This document shows positions 1 to 8,917 of a stretch of 64,000 nt of DNA, one piece after another (positions within the stretch are counted from its first letter, which is position 1; every line of letters begins with the position of its first letter). Both the position numbers and the translations under genes were made by a program. The notes below the pieces were generated by a model. It searched no databases. It was not told where the DNA came from and was given only the letters and a program-made list of their open reading frames with translations. Source of the stretch: Syntrophales bacterium (GTDB lineage: Bacteria > Desulfobacterota > Syntrophia > Syntrophales > UBA2210); assembly GCA_963666365.2 (NCBI GenBank), contig CAXXNF010000001.1:576001-640000 (forward strand), in the 5' to 3' direction.

Positions 1-250
1 TCGCCTCGCAGCGCGTGCATCGCGTTGCGCCGGGCATCGCAGCCAGACGCGCCGCCGGTATGGGTTTTCCGCAGTCCGGGCATATCCGCCCCTCGCCCGC
101 CCCATCCGGTCCCGCTCCTGGATCGGATGCGGGCCGGATGGCGACGGGCTTCTTCGGGGAGGGTTCCTTTATCTTCCGGAAATGCGCCGCGAGCGCCGCA
201 TTTCTGAAACATTCCGCATAAGCCTGCGCGCAGTCGGTCTCGTCCATCAT
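1..250 (-). CDS. TraR/DksA C4-type zinc finger protein (partial, runs off window)
   Basis: Manual translation from ATG at 250: MMDETDCAQAYAE...ICPDCGKPIPAARLAAMPGATRCTRCEA. It contains the CxxC-IP..RL.A.P.A.RCxxC motif and the start overlaps the upstream stop. Confidence 0.85.
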   Translation of the reverse strand, partial: MMDETDCAQAYAECFRNAALAAHFRKIKEPSPKKPVAIRPASDPGAGPDGAGEGRICPDCGKPIPAARLAAMPGATRCTRCEA

Positions 251-438
251 TTCTTCCGCCGTTTCGCCAGACGTTTCAAGGAACCGATCGAATCGCCCAG
301 GGCTTTGAGGATCTTGCTCTCCGGAAACATCGCCCGGAGAACCGCATAGGCGAGCCCCAAGGTGACAAGGTTGTGCTTCGCAAAGGCCAGAAGCGCCTCG
401 TCGATGGATACGGTCGAGATGAATTCGAGCATGGTCAC
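247..438 (-). CDS. small hydrophobic phage protein, possible holin-like
   Basis: 63 aa with a hydrophobic segment and basic C-terminus (KRLAKRRKK), located in the lysis cassette. Confidence 0.5.
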   Translation of the reverse strand: MTMLEFISTVSIDEALLAFAKHNLVTLGLAYAVLRAMFPESKILKALGDSIGSLKRLAKRRKK

Positions 439-1019
439 ACCAATTTCCCGCCGAACCGATAGCAGTTCGTGAATTTTTTAATGTCGCCGGGCCATGCGGC
501 TTTGCGCTCGATCGCGTCCCAGTCGGCATATACCTTCAGATAAATATCTCGTTTCAAGTCCTCGCATATGCGAGCCATGTCGCATCCGGTCCGAAGCGCC
601 ATGAAGGCGAACTCGCTGCAAAAAAAGGCGTCGGCGTCTTCCGAGACCCGCCCCAGGGCGTTTTTAAACAATCCCGCGTAATCGTAGGATTTCCCGAGCT
701 GTGAAAAGGCCCAGGTCCCCAGGTAGCGCCGCGCCGGGTCGAGATCATCGCAGAGCGGGTACCAGTAAATCTCGCCGTCATAGGATTCGAGCACATTGGA
801 TAAAAGCTGCACCTGAATGCCGCCGCGATCCGCGCCGATGATGAACCGCCGTTTTTCCTCGCCCTCGTAATCGAGCAGCCGAATCACCGTTTCCACATGC
901 GAAAATTCCGTGAACAACCGGATAGCCCCGCTCACGATCCCGGACCCCGCGAACACGATCAGATCGCCCGTGTGAAATTGCGATTTCAGCGATTCGTATG
1001 TAGTGGTGTCATTTTTCAT
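435..1019 (-). CDS. permuted papain-like (YiiX/YaeF, NlpC/P60-type) amidase
   Basis: Motif order GDLIVF...FSHV...LGKSYDY...FFCSEF (His before Cys). Confidence 0.75.
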   Translation of the reverse strand: MKNDTTTYESLKSQFHTGDLIVFAGSGIVSGAIRLFTEFSHVETVIRLLDYEGEEKRRFIIGADRGGIQVQLLSNVLESYDGEIYWYPLCDDLDPARRYLGTWAFSQLGKSYDYAGLFKNALGRVSEDADAFFCSEFAFMALRTGCDMARICEDLKRDIYLKVYADWDAIERKAAWPGDIKKFTNCYRFGGKLV

Positions 1020-1121
1020 TTCGTTTATCGCGGGGACTGGGCGGTCAGCGCCGCCCCGTCCCCTTCTCCTATAGGTTCCTTGCCGGCGTCTCAGTTCGGT
1101 ACGGCAAGAACCGCCTCGTTA

Positions 1122-1574
1122 TCAAATAAAGAACCTGTGATTCCCGATGATCTGCACCTCGGTCAACGATGACGCCCAATATGGCTCTGTGGCAAGCGTC
1201 GCGTAATGCGTGGCCAGGACGTTGGGCTCAATGACGCCCCGGATGAGCCCCACGGCCAGCAAATGACATCGAAAAAGCGTTTCGTTCCCTTCCAGGGCGC
1301 CGTTATAATCCGCCGCGATGGCGCCCAATTTCGCATAATTGGGATCGGAAGGAAGATAACAGGAAAACTGAAAGGGCTTGAGGCACACCTCGGAGACGGT
1401 CGCCCCGTACCACCCGCCGCACCGGAACCGTTCGAGGATCACCGAGCCCACGGCCCGCTTGCCATAGAGCGACTCCCCCCGCGCCTCGCCGTAAATCGTC
1501 AACGCCATGATCTGGATATCCTCCAGATGCCCGAATTTCTCGGCCAGAAGTTTTTTGAGTTCCGATGGTTTCAT
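1122..1574 (-). CDS. SleB-like cell wall hydrolase (Hydrolase_2), probable endolysin
   Basis: ALTIYGEARGE, VCLKPFQFSC, ATHY, IGNHRF motifs; strong GGAGG RBS. Confidence 0.85.
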   Translation of the reverse strand: MKPSELKKLLAEKFGHLEDIQIMALTIYGEARGESLYGKRAVGSVILERFRCGGWYGATVSEVCLKPFQFSCYLPSDPNYAKLGAIAADYNGALEGNETLFRCHLLAVGLIRGVIEPNVLATHYATLATEPYWASSLTEVQIIGNHRFFI

Positions 1575-1593
1575 GGTCCTCCCCCTAGAAACG

Positions 1594-1638
1594 AAAAAAG
1601 CCCGGCGCCGGGGAGAATGCTCTCCCCGGAAACCGGGC
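1594..1638 (-). terminator. intrinsic terminator/attenuator immediately upstream of the lysis genes
   Basis: Stems GCCCGG/CCGGGC and CCGGGGAGA/TCTCCCCGG followed by a T6 tract on the minus strand. Confidence 0.7.
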
Positions 1639-1701
1639 GCTCAGGCCGCTCTATTCAATTATTGGTCGCTCAGGACGCTATATATTGTGCATTAGCGTTT
1701 A

Positions 1702-1729
1702 ATTAAAACCATATATAGTATTTTGTCAA
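1702..1729 (-). promoter_or_regulatory. putative sigma-70 late/lysis promoter
   Basis: TTGACA-16 nt-TTTAAT on the minus strand in an AT-rich gap. Confidence 0.5.
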
Positions 1730-1917
1730 GTTTTTTTGTGCACTTCAACCCGGTTTTTACATCGCGGGCAGGGGTCCTTTATAAAAACGGCTTCTCCGTC
1801 TACAAGCCACTCTCCCAGCACTTTGCCGCAAATTGGACACTTGATCGCCTCACTTTGGTAAGCCGTCGGCTTTACCGTTTTCAGCTCGTTTGCGGCTATG
1901 GATATTCCCCTTGCCAT
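1726..1917 (-). CDS. Com-like zinc-ribbon protein
   Basis: IKCPICGKVLG...CPRCK; ATG at 1917 is coupled (TGATG) to the upstream ORF. Confidence 0.7.
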   Translation of the reverse strand: MARGISIAANELKTVKPTAYQSEAIKCPICGKVLGEWLVDGEAVFIKDPCPRCKNRVEVHKKT

Positions 1918-2066
1918 CAGAACCCCTGCGCCATGCGCCAGGCGTAGCCCAGGCCGACGGCGACCAGGAGCGGTATGCCGTATTTCACGAGAACTCGCGT
2001 GGCTCGGTCCAGCATATCCATGATTTGATCCGGCCATTTTTCCGCATCGTCTTTCGTGAATTTCAT
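1917..2066 (-). CDS. small membrane protein (49 aa)
   Basis: Manual translation MKFTKDDAEKWPDQIMDMLDRATRVLVKYGIPLLVAVGLGYAWRMAQGF; overlaps start/stop codons on both sides. Confidence 0.65.
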   Translation of the reverse strand: MKFTKDDAEKWPDQIMDMLDRATRVLVKYGIPLLVAVGLGYAWRMAQGF

Positions 2067-2566
2067 TTGATCACCCCCAATAGTTCCTTCACCCGCGCCC
2101 GGTTAATCTCGATATCCGTCTCCGTCAGGCGATCCACCTGGCGGAGCCCATCCTCACGCTCTTTCAACATCTTCTCTTCCGTTTTTGATTTTTCCTGATA
2201 TTCAGTTTCTGCGATATTCATCATTACGGATTTCAGGTAGTTATGATTTGTCAACTTGCTTGTAAAATTGCGTCGGACTACCGCATCGAGCGCCTGGGCA
2301 ATGCCCTTTCTGCTGATCTCATACCGCTTTTTTGCGTAGGTAAACGCCTCCGAATCATAGAGCCGCTTCATTTCAGTTAAAATGAGCAGTAGGCGTTTTT
2401 TGCGTTTGCTCATCGGCGTGATATCGAATAATTCCGCATAGGCCCAGACGTACGCCGAGTGCGCCCCGAAGGCGTTTGACAGCTTCACAATCGCCGTCAT
2501 ATCTGAATCTGCAATCAATTCATCCATATCCAGCTTCCTCGCACAATAAGGGCAGGTAAGTATCAT
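2063..2566 (-). CDS. phage hypothetical protein with N-terminal CxxC
   Basis: MILTCPYC start at an ATGA overlap. Confidence 0.7.
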   Translation of the reverse strand: MILTCPYCARKLDMDELIADSDMTAIVKLSNAFGAHSAYVWAYAELFDITPMSKRKKRLLLILTEMKRLYDSEAFTYAKKRYEISRKGIAQALDAVVRRNFTSKLTNHNYLKSVMMNIAETEYQEKSKTEEKMLKEREDGLRQVDRLTETDIEINRARVKELLGVIK

Positions 2567-2943
2567 GATATTTTTACCAGTGTGATTTCTTTGTTGTTGG
2601 CGATCAGGTGGCGTTTCATGGCGGTGAAGGATGTCCATATATTCCAATAGCGCGCCAACTTTGCATCTGGATGCATATCGACGGATTTTATTTTTTTCAG
2701 TGTCGCGGCGGCGGATACGACCTGATATCCCTCCGTCTTTCTGCAAAACCCCCGCCGTTCCTCGCAGTCCTTCACAGCCCACTCGCCACGGAATATGCCG
2801 TTGACATAAAAGAAGATGCCATTTCTAAACCGGGAAATACGGGCCAGCCGCAGCGTCAAGTTATAGCCGTCGCAGTCCAGCTCGACCGTTTTATAAAAAC
2901 TGTCTAGCGCTTCATCGACCTGGTTCCATTCTTCATTCGTCAT
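2563..2943 (-). CDS. phage hypothetical protein
   Basis: MTNEEWNQVDEAL start; coupled to the next gene. Confidence 0.7.
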   Translation of the reverse strand: MTNEEWNQVDEALDSFYKTVELDCDGYNLTLRLARISRFRNGIFFYVNGIFRGEWAVKDCEERRGFCRKTEGYQVVSAAATLKKIKSVDMHPDAKLARYWNIWTSFTAMKRHLIANNKEITLVKIS

Positions 2944-2983
2944 TGCCCGCCCTCGCAGCAGTCGATCAAAAACCGGAGTGCCG

Positions 2984-3436
2984 TCACGCCGACCTCTTGG
3001 TAATCTCATAGCTGTACACGTCCTTCGGCTTTCGCTCGGCGCCGATAAGAATGAGTCGTTCATCGGGCCACCGCTCCACCGCCTCGCGGTCGATCGACTT
3101 TGCAACCTTGACCGCCTCCTCAAGTCCCTGTTCTTCGGCCAATGCCAGGGCGTTTTTTGGGATTCTCACCCGGTCTTCGCGGCCGTGAACAAGCATCCCG
3201 TGATCCAGTTCGACTCGCTCCCTCCCGTCGAAGATGGCGCCCTTGCGCGCTTTCATGATGGCCTGAAGCTCTTTTTCACAGGCCTTCTGTTCGCTCAGGA
3301 GGGGCTCGATGCCGGCAAAATGGGCCTCGCGCACCGCGTTCATCGCCGCATCCAGGGCGCGTTCCTTTTCCGCCATGTCGCGTTCGATCTGCGCCAAAAT
3401 CCACAGCAGCTGATCCGCCCGTGCTCTATCCTTCAT
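2984..3436 (-). CDS. gam: Mu Gam-like host-nuclease inhibitor (DNA end-binding)
   Basis: N-terminal coiled coil, then KSIDREAV...IGAE..PKDVYSYE; position in the Mu early operon. Confidence 0.75.
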   Translation of the reverse strand: MKDRARADQLLWILAQIERDMAEKERALDAAMNAVREAHFAGIEPLLSEQKACEKELQAIMKARKGAIFDGRERVELDHGMLVHGREDRVRIPKNALALAEEQGLEEAVKVAKSIDREAVERWPDERLILIGAERKPKDVYSYEITKRSA

Positions 3437-3833
3437 GGCCCGTCCCCAGTCGCATCTGCATCTGGCCCAGATAATCGGGCAGGCTGATTTTTTTCATTCT
3501 CGCGTTGAGAACCAATATCTTCAGCGCCTTGTGCTCGCGGCGGTGGAGATAATTATTGATTTCTTCCGTGGTCTGACCCAGGTAATAGCCGCCGCCTTCC
3601 GCCGTCGACGTCGAGCAGATCGGCGCACCTTCGCGTCGAAGCTCGGTAATGTACGTGCGCAGTCTTCTGGTGTCGTTGATACGGTGCTTCCAGGGTCGCT
3701 GGAACACGATCTCATACAGCTCCGCCATACCGATGGCGCGATGTCCGCCGATATGGCGCTGGATCTCGGCAAAGAGCCGGTTTTTTCGTTCCAGCCGTTC
3801 GATTTCTTGCTGATATTGATTCATGGTGGTCAT
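3426..3833 (-). CDS. phage winged-helix protein
   Basis: RRLRTYITELRREGAPICS...GGYY pattern. Confidence 0.65.
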   Translation of the reverse strand: MTTMNQYQQEIERLERKNRLFAEIQRHIGGHRAIGMAELYEIVFQRPWKHRINDTRRLRTYITELRREGAPICSTSTAEGGGYYLGQTTEEINNYLHRREHKALKILVLNARMKKISLPDYLGQMQMRLGTGHEG

Positions 3834-3843
3834 ATGTCCCTCC

Positions 3844-4035
3844 TTAATAAAGCCCTTCTTTCCTTGCCTCCCGGCGCACGGATCGCCAGGGCGCACCCGT
3901 AATGGCGTGTACCCGGTCCAGCTGGCGGATCGAAAGTACTCCCGTTACTGGCATTTCTTCCGCCTCCTCCAAAAGCAGCCGCTTGATCCTTGCCGCCGTG
4001 CCTTTATGGGTATGGTTGATTTTCATGCTCGTCAT
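3844..4035 (-). CDS. phage hypothetical protein
   Basis: Short ORF in the operon, ATGA-coupled. Confidence 0.55.
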   Translation of the reverse strand: MTSMKINHTHKGTAARIKRLLLEEAEEMPVTGVLSIRQLDRVHAITGAPWRSVRREARKEGLY

Positions 4036-4460
4036 TCCTTTTCGATAAATGTTCCCAGTACCTTCAGAATCTTTAGGAGCTTGCCCAAGTCCTTGAGCCA
4101 GGGAAGCGCATCGACGCCGCCGATGGATTTCACCAGCCCGGCGAGCCGTTCCTCGCCTCGATCGAGACAACCCGCCAGTTCGATCGCCCGGTCCTGAAGG
4201 GCGGTGATCCGGCGTTCTTCATTCGTTTTCCTTCGCGGTCTGTATGATTTCCATCCGCAATACTTCATGTGCCTGATAAGGAGTTCAAGCTTCGGAATGG
4301 TGAGTTCCCCGGCGCTTTTCGCGCCGAGACCGGAAAGCACCGCCTCGTATTGGTCTTCGGTCATGCCGAGTTCTTTTTTTGCGATATGCACCTTCGCCAG
4401 CAGTCCTTTGCGCTGCATGAGGGATTTTTCCGTCCATTTTCGCGAGGGGTGTGCGCTCAC
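4032..4460 (-). CDS. Mu GemA/gp16-like (DUF1018) protein
   Basis: LLAKVHIAKKELGMTEDQYEAVL...KSAGEL...GWK. Confidence 0.8.
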   Translation of the reverse strand: MSAHPSRKWTEKSLMQRKGLLAKVHIAKKELGMTEDQYEAVLSGLGAKSAGELTIPKLELLIRHMKYCGWKSYRPRRKTNEERRITALQDRAIELAGCLDRGEERLAGLVKSIGGVDALPWLKDLGKLLKILKVLGTFIEKE

Positions 4461-4960
4461 TTGATGACCTCCAGCCTGAATCGGTCGTTGTTGACCACAC
4501 GGTACAGCGCTTCCTTGCTTCCGCATCCGTCCTCCAGTGTGCGAAAACCTACCCGTGTAATGTATCCCTGTGACAGCAGCTTTTTTGTTACCTTGTCCGT
4601 GTAGCTTCGCGTGGCGCCGGTCATCTTTTTGACGTCGGATGCGGAAAAGGGTTCGTGAAAGCTGATCAGGCGCATTGCCTTGCAGATCTTCTGTTTCTGG
4701 GCCGCCTCCGGCCCGGATTTCTGTTGTTCCCAGGAGCTGTTGTACTGATATTTTTGTCGCCTTTTTTGTTTCATTGAGGTCTTTTCAATTTCGCCTCGGC
4801 TTCTAAAAATGGCGAATGAATCGAAAACTTTTTGCCGTTCTTCCGGTGTCCGGGCGCCCAGGGCCGTGCACACATCCGCCATTGTAAAAGCTGTCCGCCG
4901 GGCACGTGCCCAGGCCCGTATGCGGGACGCCAGCCCCGTGTTAGTTGCCTTCGACGACAT
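4457..4960 (-). CDS. phage tandem winged-helix DNA-binding protein
   Basis: Two HTH-like segments (FTMADV..., FSASDV...L...GYI). Confidence 0.6.
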   Translation of the reverse strand: MSSKATNTGLASRIRAWARARRTAFTMADVCTALGARTPEERQKVFDSFAIFRSRGEIEKTSMKQKRRQKYQYNSSWEQQKSGPEAAQKQKICKAMRLISFHEPFSASDVKKMTGATRSYTDKVTKKLLSQGYITRVGFRTLEDGCGSKEALYRVVNNDRFRLEVIK

Positions 4961-5630
4961 CGTTCACCAGCTCCAGAGTAATTTCCGATATGTCCGACGC
5001 CTTGACGGCCCGTTCGATTGCGATTGCCGCAGTCAGGATGTTTCGCCAGTCGCCGTTGGAACGCCGGAGTAGTGCCGCCGCCGGTTCCGGTGAAAGCGCG
5101 GTTCCCAGTGATTGCCTGAAGAAAAAGACCACGTCGGCCTGGGTAACGGGATTGAATTCCAGGCGTCGTCTGATCCGGCTTGAAATTCTTCGGCGGGACG
5201 CCACCTTGCCTTTGAGTTCATCCTCGCCTATCAAAAGGACGGGGCAGTCGTAACGCTCATTGAGGTTGCGCAGCATCTCTAGTATCTGCATGGCCAGAAG
5301 ATCCGCTTCGTCGATGATAATCAGCCGTCGCATCCGCGCCATCTCTTCGCTTATGATGGAAAGGCAGGCGTCGCTTCGGGTCGGCCTCATCCCGGCAAGC
5401 TCGAAGGTTATCTCCCTCAACACCATTGTGGGCGTCCGTGTGTTCAATGGCGGGATATACGCCGCGCTTTCGTTCGCTGCGTATTTCTGGGCCGCAAAAG
5501 TTTTTCCTCGGCCCGCCTTGCCGGTGACCATCGCCAGCGACGGCCCTATCCGCCCTCCCGGACCGACCAGTTCGTCGCAGATCGCGCTGAACTGCGTTAC
5601 GTTTTCGGTCTGTACGAATTCGTTTTTCAT
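4941..5630 (-). CDS. MuB-like AAA+ transposition ATPase
   Basis: Walker A GKAGRGKT, Walker B LIIIDEAD; directly after the transposase. Confidence 0.9.
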   Translation of the reverse strand: MKNEFVQTENVTQFSAICDELVGPGGRIGPSLAMVTGKAGRGKTFAAQKYAANESAAYIPPLNTRTPTMVLREITFELAGMRPTRSDACLSIISEEMARMRRLIIIDEADLLAMQILEMLRNLNERYDCPVLLIGEDELKGKVASRRRISSRIRRRLEFNPVTQADVVFFFRQSLGTALSPEPAAALLRRSNGDWRNILTAAIAIERAVKASDISEITLELVNDVVEGN

Positions 5631-5660
5631 TCGCTACCTCCTTCTTATATAGGGGAGGGA

Positions 5661-7889
5661 CTACATCCCTCCGCACTCCCTTACGGTATTCCAGTATTCG
5701 CGCTGCTCATTGCTCATAGCGGCTTCATAGGCAGACAGCCACTTATCGTCGGATTCGTTCAAGGTTCCTCCGGCGATTTCGTAATCCAGACACCACTTAA
5801 ACCGGGCGAATTCGTCTATGAAGTAGTTCGGGCGTTTGGGCAGCGGGCGTTTGGTCTTCGGCGGCAGATTCCCCAGGGCCTCCAGTTTCCGAACCTCCTT
5901 TTCCAGTTCCTCCGGCGTTCGCGTCCGGAAGAGATCCTTCTCCGCCTCGGTGCGTTCGTGCTTCTCCAGGGCATACCGGGCGGCGTCCTTCTCGATCTGG
6001 GGAACTTCCGAGTAGTGACGGAAGTCGGGGATGCCCGCCGTGATCTTTTTGAATTCCTCGGCGAAACGTTTCCTTCGCGACCGCTTTTCCATTATTTTCA
6101 AGGCCGCCAGGTCCCGGTCCTTCATGGATGAGTAGACTACGGGCATGGCCGTGCAGAGGTACTGACCCTTCGAGAAGACTAAAAGACCCTCCGGCGCCAT
6201 CGGGTTATAGCGGACGTCCACCTTTTCCCGATGAAGAGGGATAAGGGCGTCATGCTCGTACCAGTCCCACAGGAACGGAACCCGCCCCAGTTTGACCGTG
6301 CGCTTTTTTCGTTCCAGGAATATGAGATCCAGGGCCGACTCGCTGATTTCCTTCGGCCGCCAGCCATCTTCGTAGCAGGACCGCAGGCAGTCGTAAGGCG
6401 TGACGGCCTTCGGCTTCGGCTTCCAGGACCACTCCTTGTGGACTCCCTTATGGGGTTTTTGCCGGTTGTACCAGTCCAGGGCGCGGTAAAGCATGACGGT
6501 GAACTCGGAAAAGAGGAGAAGCTTCCCCTGGGCCGCCAGGAGCTTCAGTTCCTCCTGGTCCACGTCGTTTTCGTGAATGTCGCCGCCCAGGTCTTTCACA
6601 TAACCCGGAATCCGAAAGCGGCTCCGCAGGATCCCCTCAATGACGTCGAAGGTCCCCTCGATCATCTTCGCTTTCGCGTTCTTGACAATGGCTTTTTTGT
6701 GGGTACCCGGCATGATCATGACGGGATTTACATCTTCCGGTTCCACATCGAGGATGTCTGCGGGAATGTCGGTAGTGGTCTCCCAGGAGAGCCCCAGTGC
6801 CCGCATATCCGAAAGAATCCCCATAAGATACTTGCTTATTTCGGGCTTGCCGTTATCGGTGTAGATGCTTCCAAAGGCACCGTAAATCGAACAGCCTATC
6901 CGAAGGGCCAGGCCGATAAGCCAGGCGTCGTATTTTTTGTCCACGGCGCCGCCGTAGATGATGCGTGTCCGCAGATCCTGCCAGAAGTAGCCTTCCGGTC
7001 GGAATATCTCGCCCGTTTCGTCATCGACCACCCAGAAGTCGAAGCGGTGCTGGTCACCCACGAGAAGCTCGAAGGGGCAAAGATCCGCATAAGTCCGAAG
7101 AACCGGAGGCAAAAGGTTGTCGAGCGCCCGCATGCCCCCTTTCTGAAGGGCGCGAAGCTGGGGCGTCGCCTTTTTATCCAGCCACCAGAGGGCCGATTCG
7201 TAACCGCCGATAGTCCAGCCCCGCCGGTGGGCCTCGATGACAAGGGCGTCATAGTAAAGGTTTTTCAGGTCAATTTTTCTGTGGGCACGCTTCAGGCAGA
7301 GGCCGACCCAGAAGTCGACGGCCTCGGGCGTCCATTTACGCGAGGTGCCCCGCGTCGATTTCGTGTGGACGATCCCGTAGATTCCCTTCTTTTCGTACTT
7401 TTTCATCCATCGATACACGGATTGAAAGGTAACGCCGTAGCGAAGCGCCACCGATTCGACCCAGGACCGCTTTTTCCAGCCCTTCGGTACTGCCTGGGCT
7501 TCCCGTATGATTTCCAGAATGCGCCTGACTCGCGGGTCCCGAAGATCCTTTTCCGAAACGGCCGTTTCCGCTGTCCATGAATCGAAGGGCTTTTTCGACA
7601 CGGCCAGAGCATCGGTAAATGATTGCGTGGGAATATTCCGCGCGGCAGCCGCAATGGCCGCCTCGGGGGCCAGGGAGGGCAAGAGAGCCGGAGAGATCCC
7701 TTTTGTTTCCACATAGGTCTTTTGAATGTCGCCGGGCAGTGAGAGCAGCGGGTATAGCCGATGCGTCCCTCCCTTTCCGCTGCCGTTTTTGCATGTCCAG
7801 GATTCCTTGCCTGCGCGCTTGGTAACGGCCTGTTTCGTCACATTGAGAAGGCCCGCGATATCGTTTACTGTAAGGAGAATGTCGCTCAT
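5661..7889 (-). CDS. MuA-like DDE transposase
   Basis: N-terminal Mu-type HTH; DDE motifs VGDQH, YTDNGK, AKMIEG; Mu-transposase-like C-terminus (VDVRYNP). Confidence 0.92.
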   Translation of the reverse strand: MSDILLTVNDIAGLLNVTKQAVTKRAGKESWTCKNGSGKGGTHRLYPLLSLPGDIQKTYVETKGISPALLPSLAPEAAIAAAARNIPTQSFTDALAVSKKPFDSWTAETAVSEKDLRDPRVRRILEIIREAQAVPKGWKKRSWVESVALRYGVTFQSVYRWMKKYEKKGIYGIVHTKSTRGTSRKWTPEAVDFWVGLCLKRAHRKIDLKNLYYDALVIEAHRRGWTIGGYESALWWLDKKATPQLRALQKGGMRALDNLLPPVLRTYADLCPFELLVGDQHRFDFWVVDDETGEIFRPEGYFWQDLRTRIIYGGAVDKKYDAWLIGLALRIGCSIYGAFGSIYTDNGKPEISKYLMGILSDMRALGLSWETTTDIPADILDVEPEDVNPVMIMPGTHKKAIVKNAKAKMIEGTFDVIEGILRSRFRIPGYVKDLGGDIHENDVDQEELKLLAAQGKLLLFSEFTVMLYRALDWYNRQKPHKGVHKEWSWKPKPKAVTPYDCLRSCYEDGWRPKEISESALDLIFLERKKRTVKLGRVPFLWDWYEHDALIPLHREKVDVRYNPMAPEGLLVFSKGQYLCTAMPVVYSSMKDRDLAALKIMEKRSRRKRFAEEFKKITAGIPDFRHYSEVPQIEKDAARYALEKHERTEAEKDLFRTRTPEELEKEVRKLEALGNLPPKTKRPLPKRPNYFIDEFARFKWCLDYEIAGGTLNESDDKWLSAYEAAMSNEQREYWNTVRECGGM

Positions 7890-8353
7890 TGCACATCCTC
7901 CAGCATGGTTATCATTGCCGATTTCTGGGTAATTCGTTTTCTGATCTCCTTTATCTGCTCTTCGTCGCGGCGGATATCGGCACGGAGCGCGTCGGGACCT
8001 TCCACCACAAAGACGTTTGCCATCTGTCCCAGCATCGCCAGTGGCTCCATTTGCCCGGTGGCCTCACAAAAAGCGGGAAGAAAGATCGCCGGGAAACGGT
8101 GCCCTTCTTTAGACTCCGCCGTCCAGGAATCGAGCATGCTTTTTGTGATGTCGCAGCCGGTAAGTTCGCTCATGCGGGCCGCTACCTGGTATCGAGAGGG
8201 GGGACACGTTTTAAGGGCGGCGCTGACCGATTCACGGAAACGGCGATCGACGTCGAGGCTTCCCGGAGACGCCTCAGCGCCCCCCTGTTCGCTCAGAATC
8301 TCAAAAATTGACAGCTGATCTGGATTGTCTAATCTTTTTTTCAACTTAGGCAT
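7886..8353 (-). CDS. Mu-like phage regulatory (CII-like HTH) protein
   Basis: SRYQVAARMSEL...MLDSWTAESK..HRFP...AFCEATG. Confidence 0.7.
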   Translation of the reverse strand: MPKLKKRLDNPDQLSIFEILSEQGGAEASPGSLDVDRRFRESVSAALKTCPPSRYQVAARMSELTGCDITKSMLDSWTAESKEGHRFPAIFLPAFCEATGQMEPLAMLGQMANVFVVEGPDALRADIRRDEEQIKEIRKRITQKSAMITMLEDVQ

Positions 8354-8462
8354 TGCACTCACCAAAAGAATGGGTTAAAAAACAAAATAGGCGTTCATAA
8401 TCAGATAATTTCTTTGCCTCGCAACCTGTTTATATAAAAATGCAAATCAACAAGGATGTGGC

Positions 8463-8876
8463 ATGTCGCTTTATAAATACGCCTCAGCATGTAACGAATT
8501 GCAGCGGGAACTGATCGCGATCGCTGCAGCTCAAGATGTAACTGCAATAAGAATGATGTGCGCCGACGTTGAAGGGTGGCAGGAATGGTTTTTAGAAAAC
8601 GAAGCTCTGATTCGGAAATATTTAAAAGCAACTCCTTCGCAGCGGAAAAACAGAAAGTCGTGGCAGGAGAAAGATTTAAGGCTGAAGTTGATTTTGGGAA
8701 GCATTCAGTATTTGACGTGCGCCCATCGACTGCTTGAAGGCATTGACAGAAACGACCTGTATCCTGGAGCGTCATATCGCGATATGGCGGAAGCTGCCGC
8801 GAAGACGTATTTGGAAGTGGTTGCTCCGTTCCCTTGGAGCATTTGGCCCTTTGAAAAACCGAGCCCTTTTGAATGA
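8463..8876 (+). CDS. hypothetical accessory protein, antisense to the early operon
   Basis: 137 aa helical-looking ORF with AAGGA RBS. Confidence 0.6.
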   Translation: MSLYKYASACNELQRELIAIAAAQDVTAIRMMCADVEGWQEWFLENEALIRKYLKATPSQRKNRKSWQEKDLRLKLILGSIQYLTCAHRLLEGIDRNDLYPGASYRDMAEAAAKTYLEVVAPFPWSIWPFEKPSPFE

Positions 8877-8917
8877 TATTTGACATTGAATCTCTCCTTA
8901 TATAAGAGGATGAATTT

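Noticed and set aside
6231..7580. 449-aa plus-strand ORF
   Set aside because: Antisense shadow of the transposase; no recognisable motifs.
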